From Alphaproteobacteria bacterium (GTDB lineage Bacteria > Pseudomonadota > Alphaproteobacteria > GCA-2731375), in contig CBDDBZ010000039.1 of NCBI GenBank assembly GCA_965225945.1, positions 384,001 through 448,000 of the forward strand: a stretch of 64,000 nucleotides of DNA, read 5' to 3'. Below are positions 53,547 to 64,000 of this stretch, in pieces (within the stretch, counting starts at the first letter, position 1; every line of letters begins with the position of its first letter). The notes beneath the pieces were generated by a model that was not told the DNA's origin, ran no database searches, and saw nothing but the letters and a program-made list of their open reading frames with translations. Position numbers and translations under genes: made by a program.

Positions 53547-54653
53547 CTATGCCGCCCGCAAGGCCGACATGTGTTGGCGGAAGCGGGGCATGACTTCCTC
53601 GACCAGGCGGCGCATCGAGGCCTCGTGCAATTCGGCGTCGTGGAATTCGTGTGCGGTGAGGGTGAGGACGCCGAAGTCGCCCACCACGTCGCGCAGCCAC
53701 ACCAGCTTGTCGAGCACCGTGCGCGAGGTGCCGTACGCCAGCATCGAGAGCGCGATCTCGTGCCACTCGACGTCCGCCGCCTCCTCCCGCCCATCGGGAC
53801 GGAGGAAGTGCGGCACCCCGCGCTGGGCGAAGGCGCTCATCATGTAGCGGTAGAAATAGCGGAACGGGCCGTCGGGATCGGCGATCAGATCCGTGGCCTC
53901 GGTCTCGCTCTCGGTGATCAGGATGGATCGCGCGACCCGCCAGATCGAAGGCTCCGCCTTGCGCCCGGCCGCCGCTGCGCCCTCGAGGTAATTTTCCCAA
54001 TGGCTGGCGATATAGCGCGGCTGCACCAAGCTCGCGCCCGAAATCGGGATGTAGCCGCGCTCGCCCGCCGCGTAAGCGCTGCCGGAGCCCGGCGACAGCA
54101 GGGAGACGGCGAGCGGCGGGTGCGGCTTCTGATAGGGCTTGGGCAGCGAGCCGACGCCGAACTCGCTGCGGCTCGTGTCCAAAATCGAAATGTCCCAAAA
54201 TTCGCCCTTCAGCTCGTAGGGCGGCTGGCCAGCCCAGAGCTTCAAGATCATGTCGATCGATTCGCGCATCATCCGGCCCCGGTCGACGTCGCCCGCGACC
54301 TTGAACAGCTCCAAATCGCTCGACAGCCCGCCGGTGCCGATTCCCATCTGGAAGCGTCCCCGGGCCAAATGGTCGAACATCGCCGCCTCCGCCGCGACGA
54401 CCGCCGGATGCTTGATCGAGAGGCAGAAGACTCCGGTGCCGAGCTGGATCTGCTTGGTCTCTTGCAGCAGCGAGGCGAGGAAGACGAGCGGCGAGGTGAT
54501 CGGCTCCGTCGTCGCCGCGATGTGTTCGCCGATCCAGCACTCCCGAAAGCCCAGCTTGTCGGCCAGGATCACCGTCTGGCGGTCCTGCTCCAGGATTTCC
54601 GTATAATCGCGGCGGGTGTCGTGAACCGGTTGCATGAAGAGGCCGAGTTGCAT
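53547..54653 (-). CDS. LLM-class flavin-dependent oxidoreductase
   Basis: GLFMQPVH, WIGEH, GRFQMGIG, KPYQKPHPP. Confidence 0.9.
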   Translation of the reverse strand: MQLGLFMQPVHDTRRDYTEILEQDRQTVILADKLGFRECWIGEHIAATTEPITSPLVFLASLLQETKQIQLGTGVFCLSIKHPAVVAAEAAMFDHLARGRFQMGIGTGGLSSDLELFKVAGDVDRGRMMRESIDMILKLWAGQPPYELKGEFWDISILDTSRSEFGVGSLPKPYQKPHPPLAVSLLSPGSGSAYAAGERGYIPISGASLVQPRYIASHWENYLEGAAAAGRKAEPSIWRVARSILITESETEATDLIADPDGPFRYFYRYMMSAFAQRGVPHFLRPDGREEAADVEWHEIALSMLAYGTSRTVLDKLVWLRDVVGDFGVLTLTAHEFHDAELHEASMRRLVEEVMPRFRQHMSALRAA

Positions 54654-54753
54654 GGCGCGGCTCCTTGGACGGTCGTGGCGAGCCACTCTACACCTGGCCG
54701 GAAAGGCACGCCAAAGGGACGCCAAGGGACCGCCGGACCGCTATAGTCGCGCC

Positions 54754-57486
54754 ATGACCCGACCCGCGCCGAAGGCCGCCGCCGACATTCGCCCGCCCGA
54801 GGCACCGGCCCTGGTGGTGGGCGCCAGGCGGGCCTATTGGCTGTCGCCGGACGGCGAGTTGGAAAGCCTGGACCTGGAGAGCGCGCGGGCCCGGGCGAGC
54901 GGAACCCGGCCGATCCTTTGCCACCGCGTGATGGTGGCCAGGCGGTTGGGGCTCGGCGATCTCGATGCCCTCGACCTGTTGGAGCTCTTCGCCTTCGCGC
55001 ACCCGGCCCGCTTCACCCTGCCGACGCCGGCGGGTCTCGCCCGCGCACTCGGGCTTAGTGTCCCGGCGGGGGCCGAGGACGCGGCGCTCGCGCTGCTCGA
55101 GGTCACCCGGCGCCTGCTGGCCGACCTCGCCGAAGCGCGCGAAGGGGAGGTCGCGGCGCGCATTGCCTTCGCCATGGCCCGGGCCGGATGGGGCTGGGGC
55201 CCGGCGGTGCTGGCCGCCCTCGGTGGTCCGATCGACGACGGCGCGGGCCTGGACGGCCTCGACGTCTGGAACCGGCTCGAGCCGATCGAGGAGGAGGCGC
55301 CACCGCCGCCGCCGGGCGAGGCCTCGGTCAGTGAGGCGGAGGCCCGCCAGAGGCTCGCGCGGCTGCTCGGCGAAGGCGCCGAATCGCGCCCCCGGCAGAG
55401 CGACTATGCGGCGCTCGCGAGCCGCGCCTTCGCGCCGCGGGACGAGGCGGGTCAGCCCCGCGTCGTCCTCGCCGAGGCCGGCACCGGGATCGGCAAGACC
55501 CTCGGCTACATCGCGCCGGCGAGCCTCTGGGCGGAACGCAACGGCGGCACCGTCTGGCTCTCGACCTTCACCCGCAACCTGCAACGCCAGATCGACCAGG
55601 AGCTCGACGCCCTCTACCCCGAGCCTAAGACCAAGGCCGCCCGCGCCGTCGTGCGCAAGGGGCGGGAGAACTACCTCTGCCTCTTGAACCTGGAGGAGGC
55701 GGCGCGGGGGAGCGGCCTGGGCGCGGCCTGGGCGGTGCCGCTTGGCCTGATGGCGCGTTGGGCCGGCGCGACGCGCGACGGCGACATGGTCGGCGGCGAC
55801 TTTCCGGCCTGGCTGATCGATCTTTTGGGACCGTCGCGTACCGTGGCGCTGACCGACAGCCGGGGCGAGTGCATCTATTCCGCCTGCCGGCACTACCGGC
55901 GCTGCTTCATCGAGAAGGTGGCCAGGCGCGGACAACGGGCCGACATCGTCATCGCCAACCACGCGCTGGTCATGGTGCTGGCGGCGCTCGGCGACGATCC
56001 GAGCCCGCCGCTCCGCATCGTCTTCGACGAGGGCCACCACGTCTTCGATGCCGCCGACGGCGTCTTCTCGACCGACCTATCCGGCCGGGAAACGGCGGAG
56101 CTTCGTCGCTGGCTGGCCGGCGCCGGCGCCAGGCGTGGCCGCGCCCGGGGCCTGGCCGAGCGGGTGGGCGACCTGGTCGCCGGCGACGACGAGGCGAGCC
56201 GAGCGCTCGACCAGGTCTTGCGCGCGGCCCGCGCCCTCCCGGGCGAGGGCTGGCTCGGCCGGCTCGCGAGCGAGAGCCCGCGCGGCCCGACGGAGGGTTT
56301 TCTCGTCCGCGTCCGGGCTCATGTCATGGCCCGGGTCGAGGATCCGACCATGCCCTACGGCCTCGAGGCCTCGACCCTCGAGCCGGCCGAAACCCTGCTG
56401 GAGGCCGCCCGGGCGCTGGATACGGCGCTGGCCGCGATCGAGCGGCCGCTGCTCGAGCTCGGCCGCCGGCTCGCCGCGCGGCTGGACGACGAGGCGGGCG
56501 AGTTCGACACTCAGAGCCGGATCCGGATCGATGCCGCCTGCCGGGGCATGCGGCGCCGCGCGGGACTCTTCCTCCGGGTGTGGCGCGCGATGCTGGCGCG
56601 GCTCGACGGGCCGGGCGAGGCAGACTTCGTCGACTGGCTGGCGGTGGAGCGGAGCGAGGGACGCGAGAGCGACGTCGCCATGCGGCGCCATTGGGTCGAC
56701 CCGACGGTGCCCTTCGCGAGAGCGCTCCTGGCGCGGGCGCATGGCGCCCTCATCACCTCGGCGACCTTGCGCGACCGGGCGCCGGACGCCCCCGACGAGT
56801 GGACCAGCGCCGAGGTCAGGACCGGGGCGCTGCATCTCCCGGCCGTCGCCGCCCGGGCCAGCCTCGCCTCCCCCTTCGACTACCCGGCCCAGACCCGGGT
56901 GCTGGTGGTAACCGACGTCCGCCGCGACGACGGCGCGCAGGTGGCCGCCGCCTATCGCGAGCTGTTCCTGGCGGCGGGCGGAGGCGCGCTCGGCCTCTTT
57001 ACCGCGGTCCAGCGCTTGCGCGGCGTGCATCGCCGGATCGCCGGACCGTTGGAGGACGCGGGCCTCTCGCTCCTGGCGCAGCACGTCGACGCCATGGATA
57101 CCGGCACCCTGGTCGACATCTTCCGCGAGGAGGTGGATTCCTGCCTGCTCGGCACCGATGCGGTCCGCGACGGGGTCGACGTGCCGGGCCGCTCGCTCCG
57201 CCTGATCGTCTTCGACCGAGTGCCCTGGCCGCGCCCCGACATCCTGCATCGCGCGCGCCGCGCCGCCTTCGGCGGCCGGAGCTATGACGACATGATGACC
57301 CGGTTGCGCCTGAAGCAGGCCTATGGCCGTTTGATCCGGGGCGCCGGCGACCGGGGAAGCTTCGTCATGCTGGATGCCATGCTGCCCAGCCGCCTGGCCA
57401 CGGCCTTCCCCGAAGGCGTGGAAGTCCGGCGTCTGGGCCTGGCCGAGGCGGTGGCCCAGGTCCGGGATTTTCTCGGCCCGGAATAG
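54754..57486 (+). CDS. DinG-family ATP-dependent DNA helicase
   Basis: EAGTGIGKT, KGRENYLC, DEGHH, TSATL, GVDVPG, QAYGRLIR. Confidence 0.93.
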   Translation: MTRPAPKAAADIRPPEAPALVVGARRAYWLSPDGELESLDLESARARASGTRPILCHRVMVARRLGLGDLDALDLLELFAFAHPARFTLPTPAGLARALGLSVPAGAEDAALALLEVTRRLLADLAEAREGEVAARIAFAMARAGWGWGPAVLAALGGPIDDGAGLDGLDVWNRLEPIEEEAPPPPPGEASVSEAEARQRLARLLGEGAESRPRQSDYAALASRAFAPRDEAGQPRVVLAEAGTGIGKTLGYIAPASLWAERNGGTVWLSTFTRNLQRQIDQELDALYPEPKTKAARAVVRKGRENYLCLLNLEEAARGSGLGAAWAVPLGLMARWAGATRDGDMVGGDFPAWLIDLLGPSRTVALTDSRGECIYSACRHYRRCFIEKVARRGQRADIVIANHALVMVLAALGDDPSPPLRIVFDEGHHVFDAADGVFSTDLSGRETAELRRWLAGAGARRGRARGLAERVGDLVAGDDEASRALDQVLRAARALPGEGWLGRLASESPRGPTEGFLVRVRAHVMARVEDPTMPYGLEASTLEPAETLLEAARALDTALAAIERPLLELGRRLAARLDDEAGEFDTQSRIRIDAACRGMRRRAGLFLRVWRAMLARLDGPGEADFVDWLAVERSEGRESDVAMRRHWVDPTVPFARALLARAHGALITSATLRDRAPDAPDEWTSAEVRTGALHLPAVAARASLASPFDYPAQTRVLVVTDVRRDDGAQVAAAYRELFLAAGGGALGLFTAVQRLRGVHRRIAGPLEDAGLSLLAQHVDAMDTGTLVDIFREEVDSCLLGTDAVRDGVDVPGRSLRLIVFDRVPWPRPDILHRARRAAFGGRSYDDMMTRLRLKQAYGRLIRGAGDRGSFVMLDAMLPSRLATAFPEGVEVRRLGLAEAVAQVRDFLGPE

Positions 57487-57570
57487 ACCATGGAAAATCC
57501 GTGGCCGCGCGTCTTGCCGCCTGCCCGGCGTCTACCTATGTTCCGCCGAGGTTCGGCCGAGGACGAGGCG

Positions 57571-57987
57571 ATGACCAGCGACCTTCTCAATCCCCATACC
57601 GCGTTGATTTACACCATGGTGCTGATGAGCGCGGCGGACAGCGACATGACCGACAGCGAGTTGCAACGCATCGGCCACATGACCCGCACGCTCCCGGTCT
57701 TCGACGGCTTCGACCCGGACGACCTGGTGCCGACGGCGGAGGAATGCGCCCGCCGTCTCGGCAGCGCCGGCGGGCTGGAAGCGGTGCTGGACGTGATCAC
57801 CGCCTCGCTGCCGGTGAAACTGTCGGAAACGGCCTACGCCATCGCCTGCGAGGTGGCGGCGGCCGATCTCCACGTCAAGCAGGAGGAGATCCGCCTGCTG
57901 GAGATGCTGCGACACCGGTTCGAGATCGACCGTCTCGTCGCCGCCGGCATCGAGCGCGGCGTGCGCGCCCGCCATATGACGTTGTAG
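57571..57987 (+). CDS. TerB family protein
   Basis: SAADSDMTDSEL, ETAYAIACEVAAAD. Confidence 0.8.
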   Translation: MTSDLLNPHTALIYTMVLMSAADSDMTDSELQRIGHMTRTLPVFDGFDPDDLVPTAEECARRLGSAGGLEAVLDVITASLPVKLSETAYAIACEVAAADLHVKQEEIRLLEMLRHRFEIDRLVAAGIERGVRARHMTL

Positions 57988-58001
57988 AGGTTCGCCGTGC
58001 T

Positions 58002-58781
58002 TCAGGCCCCGGTGGTGAATTTGTCGTAGAGCCCGGCCAGCTCGTCGGCGGCGAGTTCACAGAGTTCCTTGCCGGCCTCGGGATTGGCCTGCCAGGGATG
58101 CGAGCCGATGCGGCCGTCGGGAAATCGGCGGCGATAGTCGGCGGCGTCGGTCCAGCCGCCGCGATGCGGCGAGGGCGGTCCCATCGCCTCCGTGCCCTGC
58201 TTCACGTGATCGGGAAAGAGGTACTGCGTCACCGAGATTTCGGAATTGGTCGCGTGCATGCCGTCCTTGTCGCCGAAGAGCCGCTTGATCGCCGCGTTGG
58301 TCCGCGGGCCCTGCCACCAGTTCCTCAGTTCCAAGGCGATCGCCTGACGGTTGTCGCCCGCCTCGGCGCCTTGGGGTGTCTGGCCGGGGCGGCGGCTCTG
58401 CTCGGTATAGAGCTCTTGGAAGGCGGCGTTGATGGTGGTGATGTTGCCGCCGTGGCCGTTGATGAAGAAGAACCGGTCGAAGCCGTGATGGGCTAGGCTC
58501 TCGACCCATTCCTTGATCACCAGGATCAAGGTCGTCGGCTTCAGCGTCATCGAGCCGGTGAAGGCCATGTGGTGCTGCGCGACGCCGACGTTGATCACCG
58601 GCGCCACCACGGCGTTCGCCCGCTCGCCCGCCGCCTTGGCGATGTATTCCGCCACCACCGCGTCGGTGCCGACCAGGCCGTTGGGCCCGTGCTGCTCGGT
58701 CGAGCCGATGGGAATGATCACCGCCGTGCAGCCTTCCAGATGCCGCTCCACCTCGGCCCAGGTCATCATCTGCAAGACCAT
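58002..58781 (-). CDS. Creatininase family protein
   Basis: PIGSTEQHGP, NGHGGN, GMHATNSE. Confidence 0.92.
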   Translation of the reverse strand: MVLQMMTWAEVERHLEGCTAVIIPIGSTEQHGPNGLVGTDAVVAEYIAKAAGERANAVVAPVINVGVAQHHMAFTGSMTLKPTTLILVIKEWVESLAHHGFDRFFFINGHGGNITTINAAFQELYTEQSRRPGQTPQGAEAGDNRQAIALELRNWWQGPRTNAAIKRLFGDKDGMHATNSEISVTQYLFPDHVKQGTEAMGPPSPHRGGWTDAADYRRRFPDGRIGSHPWQANPEAGKELCELAADELAGLYDKFTTGA

Positions 58782-59055
58782 CCCGCCACCTCTGCCTCGC
58801 CCGCGCGCCACTTCATCCCACGCCCGACGACCCCTGTCCAGGCGGCCGCCACCCGTCCGGGGAGCGGATATGGTGTGCAATCGTGGCTTCCGGGCTGGAA
58901 CCGGCGACTCGGCGGTTGACGGTCCGGGCGCCCGTCGTCATGTTGGCCGGACCTTCGGCGTGGCCGTTCCGAAGGGCGGCGGCGGCTTGGTATCAAGATG
59001 ATTTTCCAGCTTCGGATTCCGGCGAATTCGGGGAACTTTCGATCCGAGAAGGCTC

Positions 59056-61056
59056 ATGTCCGCCAGCGCAAAGGTCGAGGTCGAGGTCAGCCACGTCGAC
59101 TTGGCGAATGCTATCCGCGCGCTCTCGATGGACGCGGTGGAGGCCGCGAAGTCCGGTCATCCCGGCATGCCGATGGGCATGGCCGACGTCGCCACCGTGC
59201 TGTTCCGGCGCTTTTTGAGCTATGACGCCTCGGCCCCCGAGTGGCCCGACCGCGACCGCTTCGTGCTCTCGGCCGGGCACGGCTCGATGCTGCTCTATGC
59301 ACTGCTCTACCTCACCGGCTACCCGGACATCGACCAAGCCGAGATCGCCCAATTCCGCCAGCTCGGCAGCCGCACCGCCGGCCATCCCGAGTTCGGTCAC
59401 GCCGCCGGCATCGAGACCACCACCGGGCCGCTCGGCCAAGGCATCGCCAACGCCGTGGGCATGACGATCGCCGAGCGGGTGATGGCGGCGCGTTTCGGCG
59501 CCGATCTCGTCGACCATTACACCTATGTCATCGTCGGTGACGGCGACCTCATGGAAGGGCTCAGCCACGAGGCGGCCTCGCTCGCCGGCCATCTCGGCCT
59601 CGCACGGCTGATCGTGCTGTTCGACGACAACAGGGTCTCGATCGACGGTTCGACCGCGCTTTCGGTTTCCGACGACACGACCGCCCGCTTCGCCGCCTAT
59701 GGCTGGCAAACGAACGCGGTCGACGGTCACGACCCGGAAGCGGTGGCGGCGGCGATCGAGGCGGCCCGCGCGAGCCCCGCGCCCAGCTTGATCGCCTGTC
59801 GCACCACCATCGGCCTGGGCGCGCCGAGCAAGGCCGGGACCGCCGCCACCCATGGCGCGCCGCTCGGGCCGGAAGAGGTGGCCGGCGCCCGCGAGCAACT
59901 GGGCTGGCCGCACCCGCCCTTCGAGGTGCCGGCGCCCATTCTCGCCGCATGGCGCGTCGCCGGCGGGCGGGGCGCGGAGGCCCGGCGCGGCTGGGAAGCG
60001 CGGCTGGCGGCGGCGGGCGAGACGACACGAAGCGCCTTCCGCGCCGCGCTCGATGGCGCCGTGCCCGAGGCCGTGGGCGCGGCGTTGGACGACTTCAAGC
60101 GGCAAATCGTCGAGGCCGCGCCCACCATGGCGACGCGCCAGGCCTCGGGCGAGGTGTTGGCGGCGATCCAGCCGCTGATGGCGGAACTGATCGGCGGCTC
60201 GGCCGACCTCACCGGCTCCAACAACACCCGGCTCGCCGGGCACCGGGCGATAACGCGACACGATTTCGCCGGCGGCTATCTGCACTACGGCGTGCGCGAG
60301 CACGCCATGGCGGCGGCGATGAACGGCATGGCGCTGCATGGTGGCCTGGTGCCCTATGCCGGGACCTTCCTGATATTTTCCGACTATTGCCGGCCGTCGA
60401 TCCGCCTGGCCGCGCTGATGGGCCGCCGGGTGATCCACGTGATGACCCACGATTCGATCGGCCTCGGCGAGGACGGACCGACCCACCAGCCGGTCGAGCA
60501 TCTGGCGAGCCTGCGGGCGATCCCCGGCCTCCGGGTCTTCCGCCCCGCCGACGCGGTGGAGGTGGCGGAGTGTTGGGCCCTCGCGCTGGCCGACGTGGAC
60601 CGGCCCTCGGTGCTCGCGCTGACCCGCCAGGGGGTGCCGACGGTGCGGACCGCGCAAAGCTCGGACAATCTTTCGGCGCGCGGCGGCTACGAGCTGGCGG
60701 CGGCCGAGGGCGAGGCTCGGGTGACGCTGCTGGCGACGGGGAGCGAGGTGCATCTGGCGCTCGCCGCTCGGGGTTTGCTCCAGGGCGACGGCATCGCCGC
60801 CCGCGTCGTCTCGATGCCCTGTCACGAGCTGTTCGACGCGCAGGCGGAGGATCTCCGGCGCCAGGTCCTGGGACCCGGCACCGTTCGCGTCGCCGTCGAG
60901 GCGGCGATCGTGCAGGGCTGGGAACGCTACATCGGCCCGGACGGCGGCTTCGTCGGCATGGCCGGCTTCGGCGCCTCGGCGCCGGCAAGTGATCTCTATC
61001 GACATTTCGGCATCACGGCCGAGGCCGTCGCCGAGGCGGCGCGGGCGCGTCTCTAG
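59056..61056 (+). CDS. tkt: Transketolase
   Basis: [33 protein letters not shown]. Confidence 0.98.
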   Translation: MSASAKVEVEVSHVDLANAIRALSMDAVEAAKSGHPGMPMGMADVATVLFRRFLSYDASAPEWPDRDRFVLSAGHGSMLLYALLYLTGYPDIDQAEIAQFRQLGSRTAGHPEFGHAAGIETTTGPLGQGIANAVGMTIAERVMAARFGADLVDHYTYVIVGDGDLMEGLSHEAASLAGHLGLARLIVLFDDNRVSIDGSTALSVSDDTTARFAAYGWQTNAVDGHDPEAVAAAIEAARASPAPSLIACRTTIGLGAPSKAGTAATHGAPLGPEEVAGAREQLGWPHPPFEVPAPILAAWRVAGGRGAEARRGWEARLAAAGETTRSAFRAALDGAVPEAVGAALDDFKRQIVEAAPTMATRQASGEVLAAIQPLMAELIGGSADLTGSNNTRLAGHRAITRHDFAGGYLHYGVREHAMAAAMNGMALHGGLVPYAGTFLIFSDYCRPSIRLAALMGRRVIHVMTHDSIGLGEDGPTHQPVEHLASLRAIPGLRVFRPADAVEVAECWALALADVDRPSVLALTRQGVPTVRTAQSSDNLSARGGYELAAAEGEARVTLLATGSEVHLALAARGLLQGDGIAARVVSMPCHELFDAQAEDLRRQVLGPGTVRVAVEAAIVQGWERYIGPDGGFVGMAGFGASAPASDLYRHFGITAEAVAEAARARL

Positions 61057-61094
61057 ACGGCACGTCGCCGCGAAGCGCAAGAGGGAGCATCGAG

Positions 61095-62102
61095 ATGGCG
61101 GTTCGGGTGGGAATCAACGGTTTCGGGCGGATCGGACGCCTGGTGCTGAGGGCGATCCACGAGTCCGGACGCAAGGACATCGAGGTCGCCGCCATCAACG
61201 ATCTGGGCCCGATCGAGACCAACGCCCATCTGTTGCGCCACGACTCGGTGCACGGCGCCTTCCCCGGCAAGGTCCGGACCACGAGACGCGGGATCAATCT
61301 CGGCAAGGGCACCATTCGGGTCACCGCCGAGCGGGACCCGAGGCAGCTCCCCTGGGGCGAGCTGGGGGTCGACGTCGCGCTCGAATGCACCGGCTTCTTC
61401 GCCTCGAGGGAAAAGGCCTCGATGCATCTGGAGGCCGGCGCCAGACGGGTTCTGATTTCGGCCCCGGCCAGCGGCGCCGACCTCACCGTGGTCTACGGCG
61501 TCAACCACAAAAAGCTCCGCAAGGCCCACAAGGTGGTCTCCAACGCGTCGTGCACGACCAACTGCCTGGCGCCCGTCGCCTCGGTGCTGAACAAGGCGAT
61601 CGGCATCGAGAAGGGCTTCATGACCACGATCCACGCCTACACGGGCGATCAACCGGTGCTCGACACGCTGAATGCGGATCTGCACCGGGCTCGGGCCGCG
61701 GCCAGCTCGATGATCCCGACCTCTACGGGTGCTGCCCGCGCCGTCGCCCTGGTGCTGCCGGAGCTCGCCGGCAAGCTCGACGGCACGGCGATCCGGGTCC
61801 CGACACCTAACGTCTCGCTGATCGATTTCACCTTCGAAGCCAAGCGGAAAACCTCGGTCAAGAAGGTCAACGGGGCGATCGTCAAGGCCGCCAAGGGGCC
61901 GTTGGCGAACATCCTCGCCACCTCGGCGGAACCGCTGGTCTCCATCGACTTCAACCATAACCCCGCGAGCGCTATTTTCGATCTCTCCCAGACCCAGGTG
62001 ATCGAACGCGGCTTCGTGCGCGTGCTCGCCTGGTACGACAACGAGTGGGGCTTCTCGAACCGGATGTCGGACACCGCCGTCGCGCTCGGCAAGCTCGGCT
62101 GA
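61095..62102 (+). CDS. gap: Glyceraldehyde-3-phosphate dehydrogenase
   Basis: [27 protein letters not shown]. Confidence 0.98.
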   Translation: MAVRVGINGFGRIGRLVLRAIHESGRKDIEVAAINDLGPIETNAHLLRHDSVHGAFPGKVRTTRRGINLGKGTIRVTAERDPRQLPWGELGVDVALECTGFFASREKASMHLEAGARRVLISAPASGADLTVVYGVNHKKLRKAHKVVSNASCTTNCLAPVASVLNKAIGIEKGFMTTIHAYTGDQPVLDTLNADLHRARAAASSMIPTSTGAARAVALVLPELAGKLDGTAIRVPTPNVSLIDFTFEAKRKTSVKKVNGAIVKAAKGPLANILATSAEPLVSIDFNHNPASAIFDLSQTQVIERGFVRVLAWYDNEWGFSNRMSDTAVALGKLG

Positions 62103-62107
62103 GGGCG

Positions 62108-63301
62108 ATGGCGCGGCGGACGCTGGACGATCACGCGCTCGCCGGCAAGCGGGTCCTCCTTCGCCTCGACCTGAACCTGCCGATGCGGGACGGCCGGGTG
62201 GCCGACGCCACCCGGATCGAGCGCGCGGTGCCGACGCTCCGGGCCTTGATCGAGGCCGGCGCGCGCATCGTCGTGCTGTCGCACTTCGGCCGCCCTAAGG
62301 CTAAGCGGCGGGCCGATATGACGCTGGCCCCGGTGGCGCCAGCGCTGGAGGCGGCGCTCGACGGGCACCCCGTCCGCTTCGTCGAGGATTGCATCGGCGA
62401 GGCGGCCGAGGCGGCGGCGGCCGAGCTCGGCGACGGCGAGATCCTGCTGCTGGAGAACCTTCGCTTCCACCCCGGCGAGGAGGCCAACGATCCCACCTTC
62501 ATCGACGCGCTGGCGCGGCTCGGCGAGGTCTACGTCAACGACGCCTTCTCCTGCGCCCACCGCGCGCATGCCTCGACGGAGGGACTGGCGCACCGTATGC
62601 CGTCGCTGGCCGGCCGCGCGATGCAGGCCGAGCTGGAGGCGCTGGTTCGGGCCATGGAGTCGCCGGCGAGGCCGTTGATGGCGGTCGTCGGGGGGGCCAA
62701 GGTTTCCAGCAAGCTCGCCGTCCTCGGTCATCTGATCGACAAGGTCGACGTGGCTCTGATCGGTGGTGGCATGGCCAATACCTTCCTCCACGCCCAGGGC
62801 CACGACATCGGCACCTCGTTGTGCGAGGTGGAGATGGCCGGGGAGGCGCGGGAGATCCTGGCGCGGGCCCAGGCCACGAATTGCCGCATCCTGCTGCCGC
62901 GCGACGTGGTCATCGCCACGACGCTCGCGCCCAGGCTCGACACCTCGAGAGTGATGGTGGAGCGGATGCCGAACGACATGATGATACTCGACATCGGCCC
63001 GAGGAGCGTCATGGACGGCGAGGCGGCGCTGGCGGCGGCCGGCACGGTGGTGTGGAACGGTCCCCTCGGCGCCTTCGAGACCCCGCCCTTCGACGCGGCG
63101 ACGACGCGCCTCGCCCGGGCCGCGGCTCAGGCGACCCGGGCGGGCGAGCTGGTCTCCCTCGCCGGGGGCGGCGATACGGTGGCCGCCCTCGACCACGCGG
63201 GCGTGCTGGCCGACTTCAGCTATGTCTCGACCGCCGGCGGCGCCTTCCTCGAATGGCTGGAGGGCCGGACGCTCCCCGGCGTCGTCGCCCTGGAGGACTA
63301 G
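62108..63301 (+). CDS. pgk: Phosphoglycerate kinase
   Basis: RLDLNLP, LLENLRF, GGAKVSSK, STAGGAFLEWLEG. Confidence 0.98.
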   Translation: MARRTLDDHALAGKRVLLRLDLNLPMRDGRVADATRIERAVPTLRALIEAGARIVVLSHFGRPKAKRRADMTLAPVAPALEAALDGHPVRFVEDCIGEAAEAAAAELGDGEILLLENLRFHPGEEANDPTFIDALARLGEVYVNDAFSCAHRAHASTEGLAHRMPSLAGRAMQAELEALVRAMESPARPLMAVVGGAKVSSKLAVLGHLIDKVDVALIGGGMANTFLHAQGHDIGTSLCEVEMAGEAREILARAQATNCRILLPRDVVIATTLAPRLDTSRVMVERMPNDMMILDIGPRSVMDGEAALAAAGTVVWNGPLGAFETPPFDAATTRLARAAAQATRAGELVSLAGGGDTVAALDHAGVLADFSYVSTAGGAFLEWLEGRTLPGVVALED

Positions 63302-63763
63302 ATGATTTCCAAGGGCGAGGGGCCGCCCGTCATCCGTTTCCACGATTTGGCGCAGGCGCTGGCCGCGCTCCGGGTGGCCCGCGAAACCGGCCGGCCTTGC
63401 CTGCTGACCACGCCGCCGGGTGGCGTGGCGTACGCGGGCGCGCCCTTCTACCAGGCGGTGGCGGCCCGCGCGCGGCGCGAGGTGGCGGGCGCGCCCGTGA
63501 CCTTCGTGCTCGATTGCGGCGGCGACGCGGCGGTCGCGGGTGAGGCGCTTCGGGCGGGTTGGCGCGATCTCGTCCTCGACAGCTCGGCACCGGCGCGAGA
63601 GAATGTCGCCGCGATCGCCGAGGCGGCCGGCGCCCGCCTGCATGATCGCGCGCCAGTCGCCTTGGATCTCGACCGTTTGGCCGATCCGGAGGCCGCTTGC
63701 CGCGATATTTTGTCCCGCGAGGCTTCCGAAGCGTTGAACGACGACGGTGCTTGCGCTACCTAA
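63302..63763 (+). CDS. Hypothetical protein between pgk and fba
   Basis: Abuts the pgk stop; VLDCGGDA motif; host-like codons. Confidence 0.6.
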   Translation: MISKGEGPPVIRFHDLAQALAALRVARETGRPCLLTTPPGGVAYAGAPFYQAVAARARREVAGAPVTFVLDCGGDAAVAGEALRAGWRDLVLDSSAPARENVAAIAEAAGARLHDRAPVALDLDRLADPEAACRDILSREASEALNDDGACAT

Positions 63764-63795
63764 TTCAGGCAGGACACGATGGAGAGGACAGGACT

Positions 63796-64000
63796 ATGAG
63801 CGCGGGCGACCTGGCGGCGACAGCCCGGGCGATGGTGGCGCCGGGCAAGGGCATTCTGGCGGCCGACGAGAGCACGGGCACGATCCAGAAGCGGCTGGAG
63901 TCGATCAACGTCGAATCGAATGAGGCGAACCGCCGCGCTTACCGCGAGTTGCTGTTCACCACCGCCGGCGCTGGCGATCATATCAGCGGCATCATCCTGT
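63796..64000 (+). CDS. Class I fructose-bisphosphate aldolase (partial, runs off the window)
   Basis: [17 protein letters not shown]...RRAYRELL. Confidence 0.93.
   Translation, partial: MSAGDLAATARAMVAPGKGILAADESTGTIQKRLESINVESNEANRRAYRELLFTTAGAGDHISGIIL

Noticed and set aside
57571-57987. Tellurite-resistance or defence locus with DinG
   Set aside because: Lone TerB-family gene beside an ordinary DinG; no other ter or cas genes

Overview
High-GC chromosomal window from an Alphaproteobacterium (Rhodospirillales-like gene content). Most of it is housekeeping and catabolic DNA: sahR-metF-metH, mlaA/mlaC, hydantoinase A/B, rpoD-dnaG, cobT-cobS-dnaJ-like, aroK-aroB-hlyC, xerD, lgt-midA-pgeF, mscS, gcvA-like LysR with DUF1127, a DinG helicase and tkt-gap-pgk-fba. 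The accessory part is a decayed island of about 6.5 kb (17.4-23.9 kb) at the 3' end of tRNA-Ile2(CAT). It holds two dead IS1595 copies, one dead IS1182, a phage-like HTH gene with a palindromic operator, and LLM and pirin gene remnants. It also holds about 1 kb of non-coding DNA built from stacked long hairpins. Two of these hairpins are inverted copies of one element with compensatory stem changes, GNA tri-loops and a TTTAC-N17-(C/G)A(C/T)CAT promoter-like arm. They resemble single-stranded-DNA promoters or origins and are the most unusual signal here. Other decay: hutU has a frameshift plus an amber stop, and a MetE-like gene has had its centre replaced by an acetamidase gene. All calls come from reading the sequence by eye; no database search or folding program was run.
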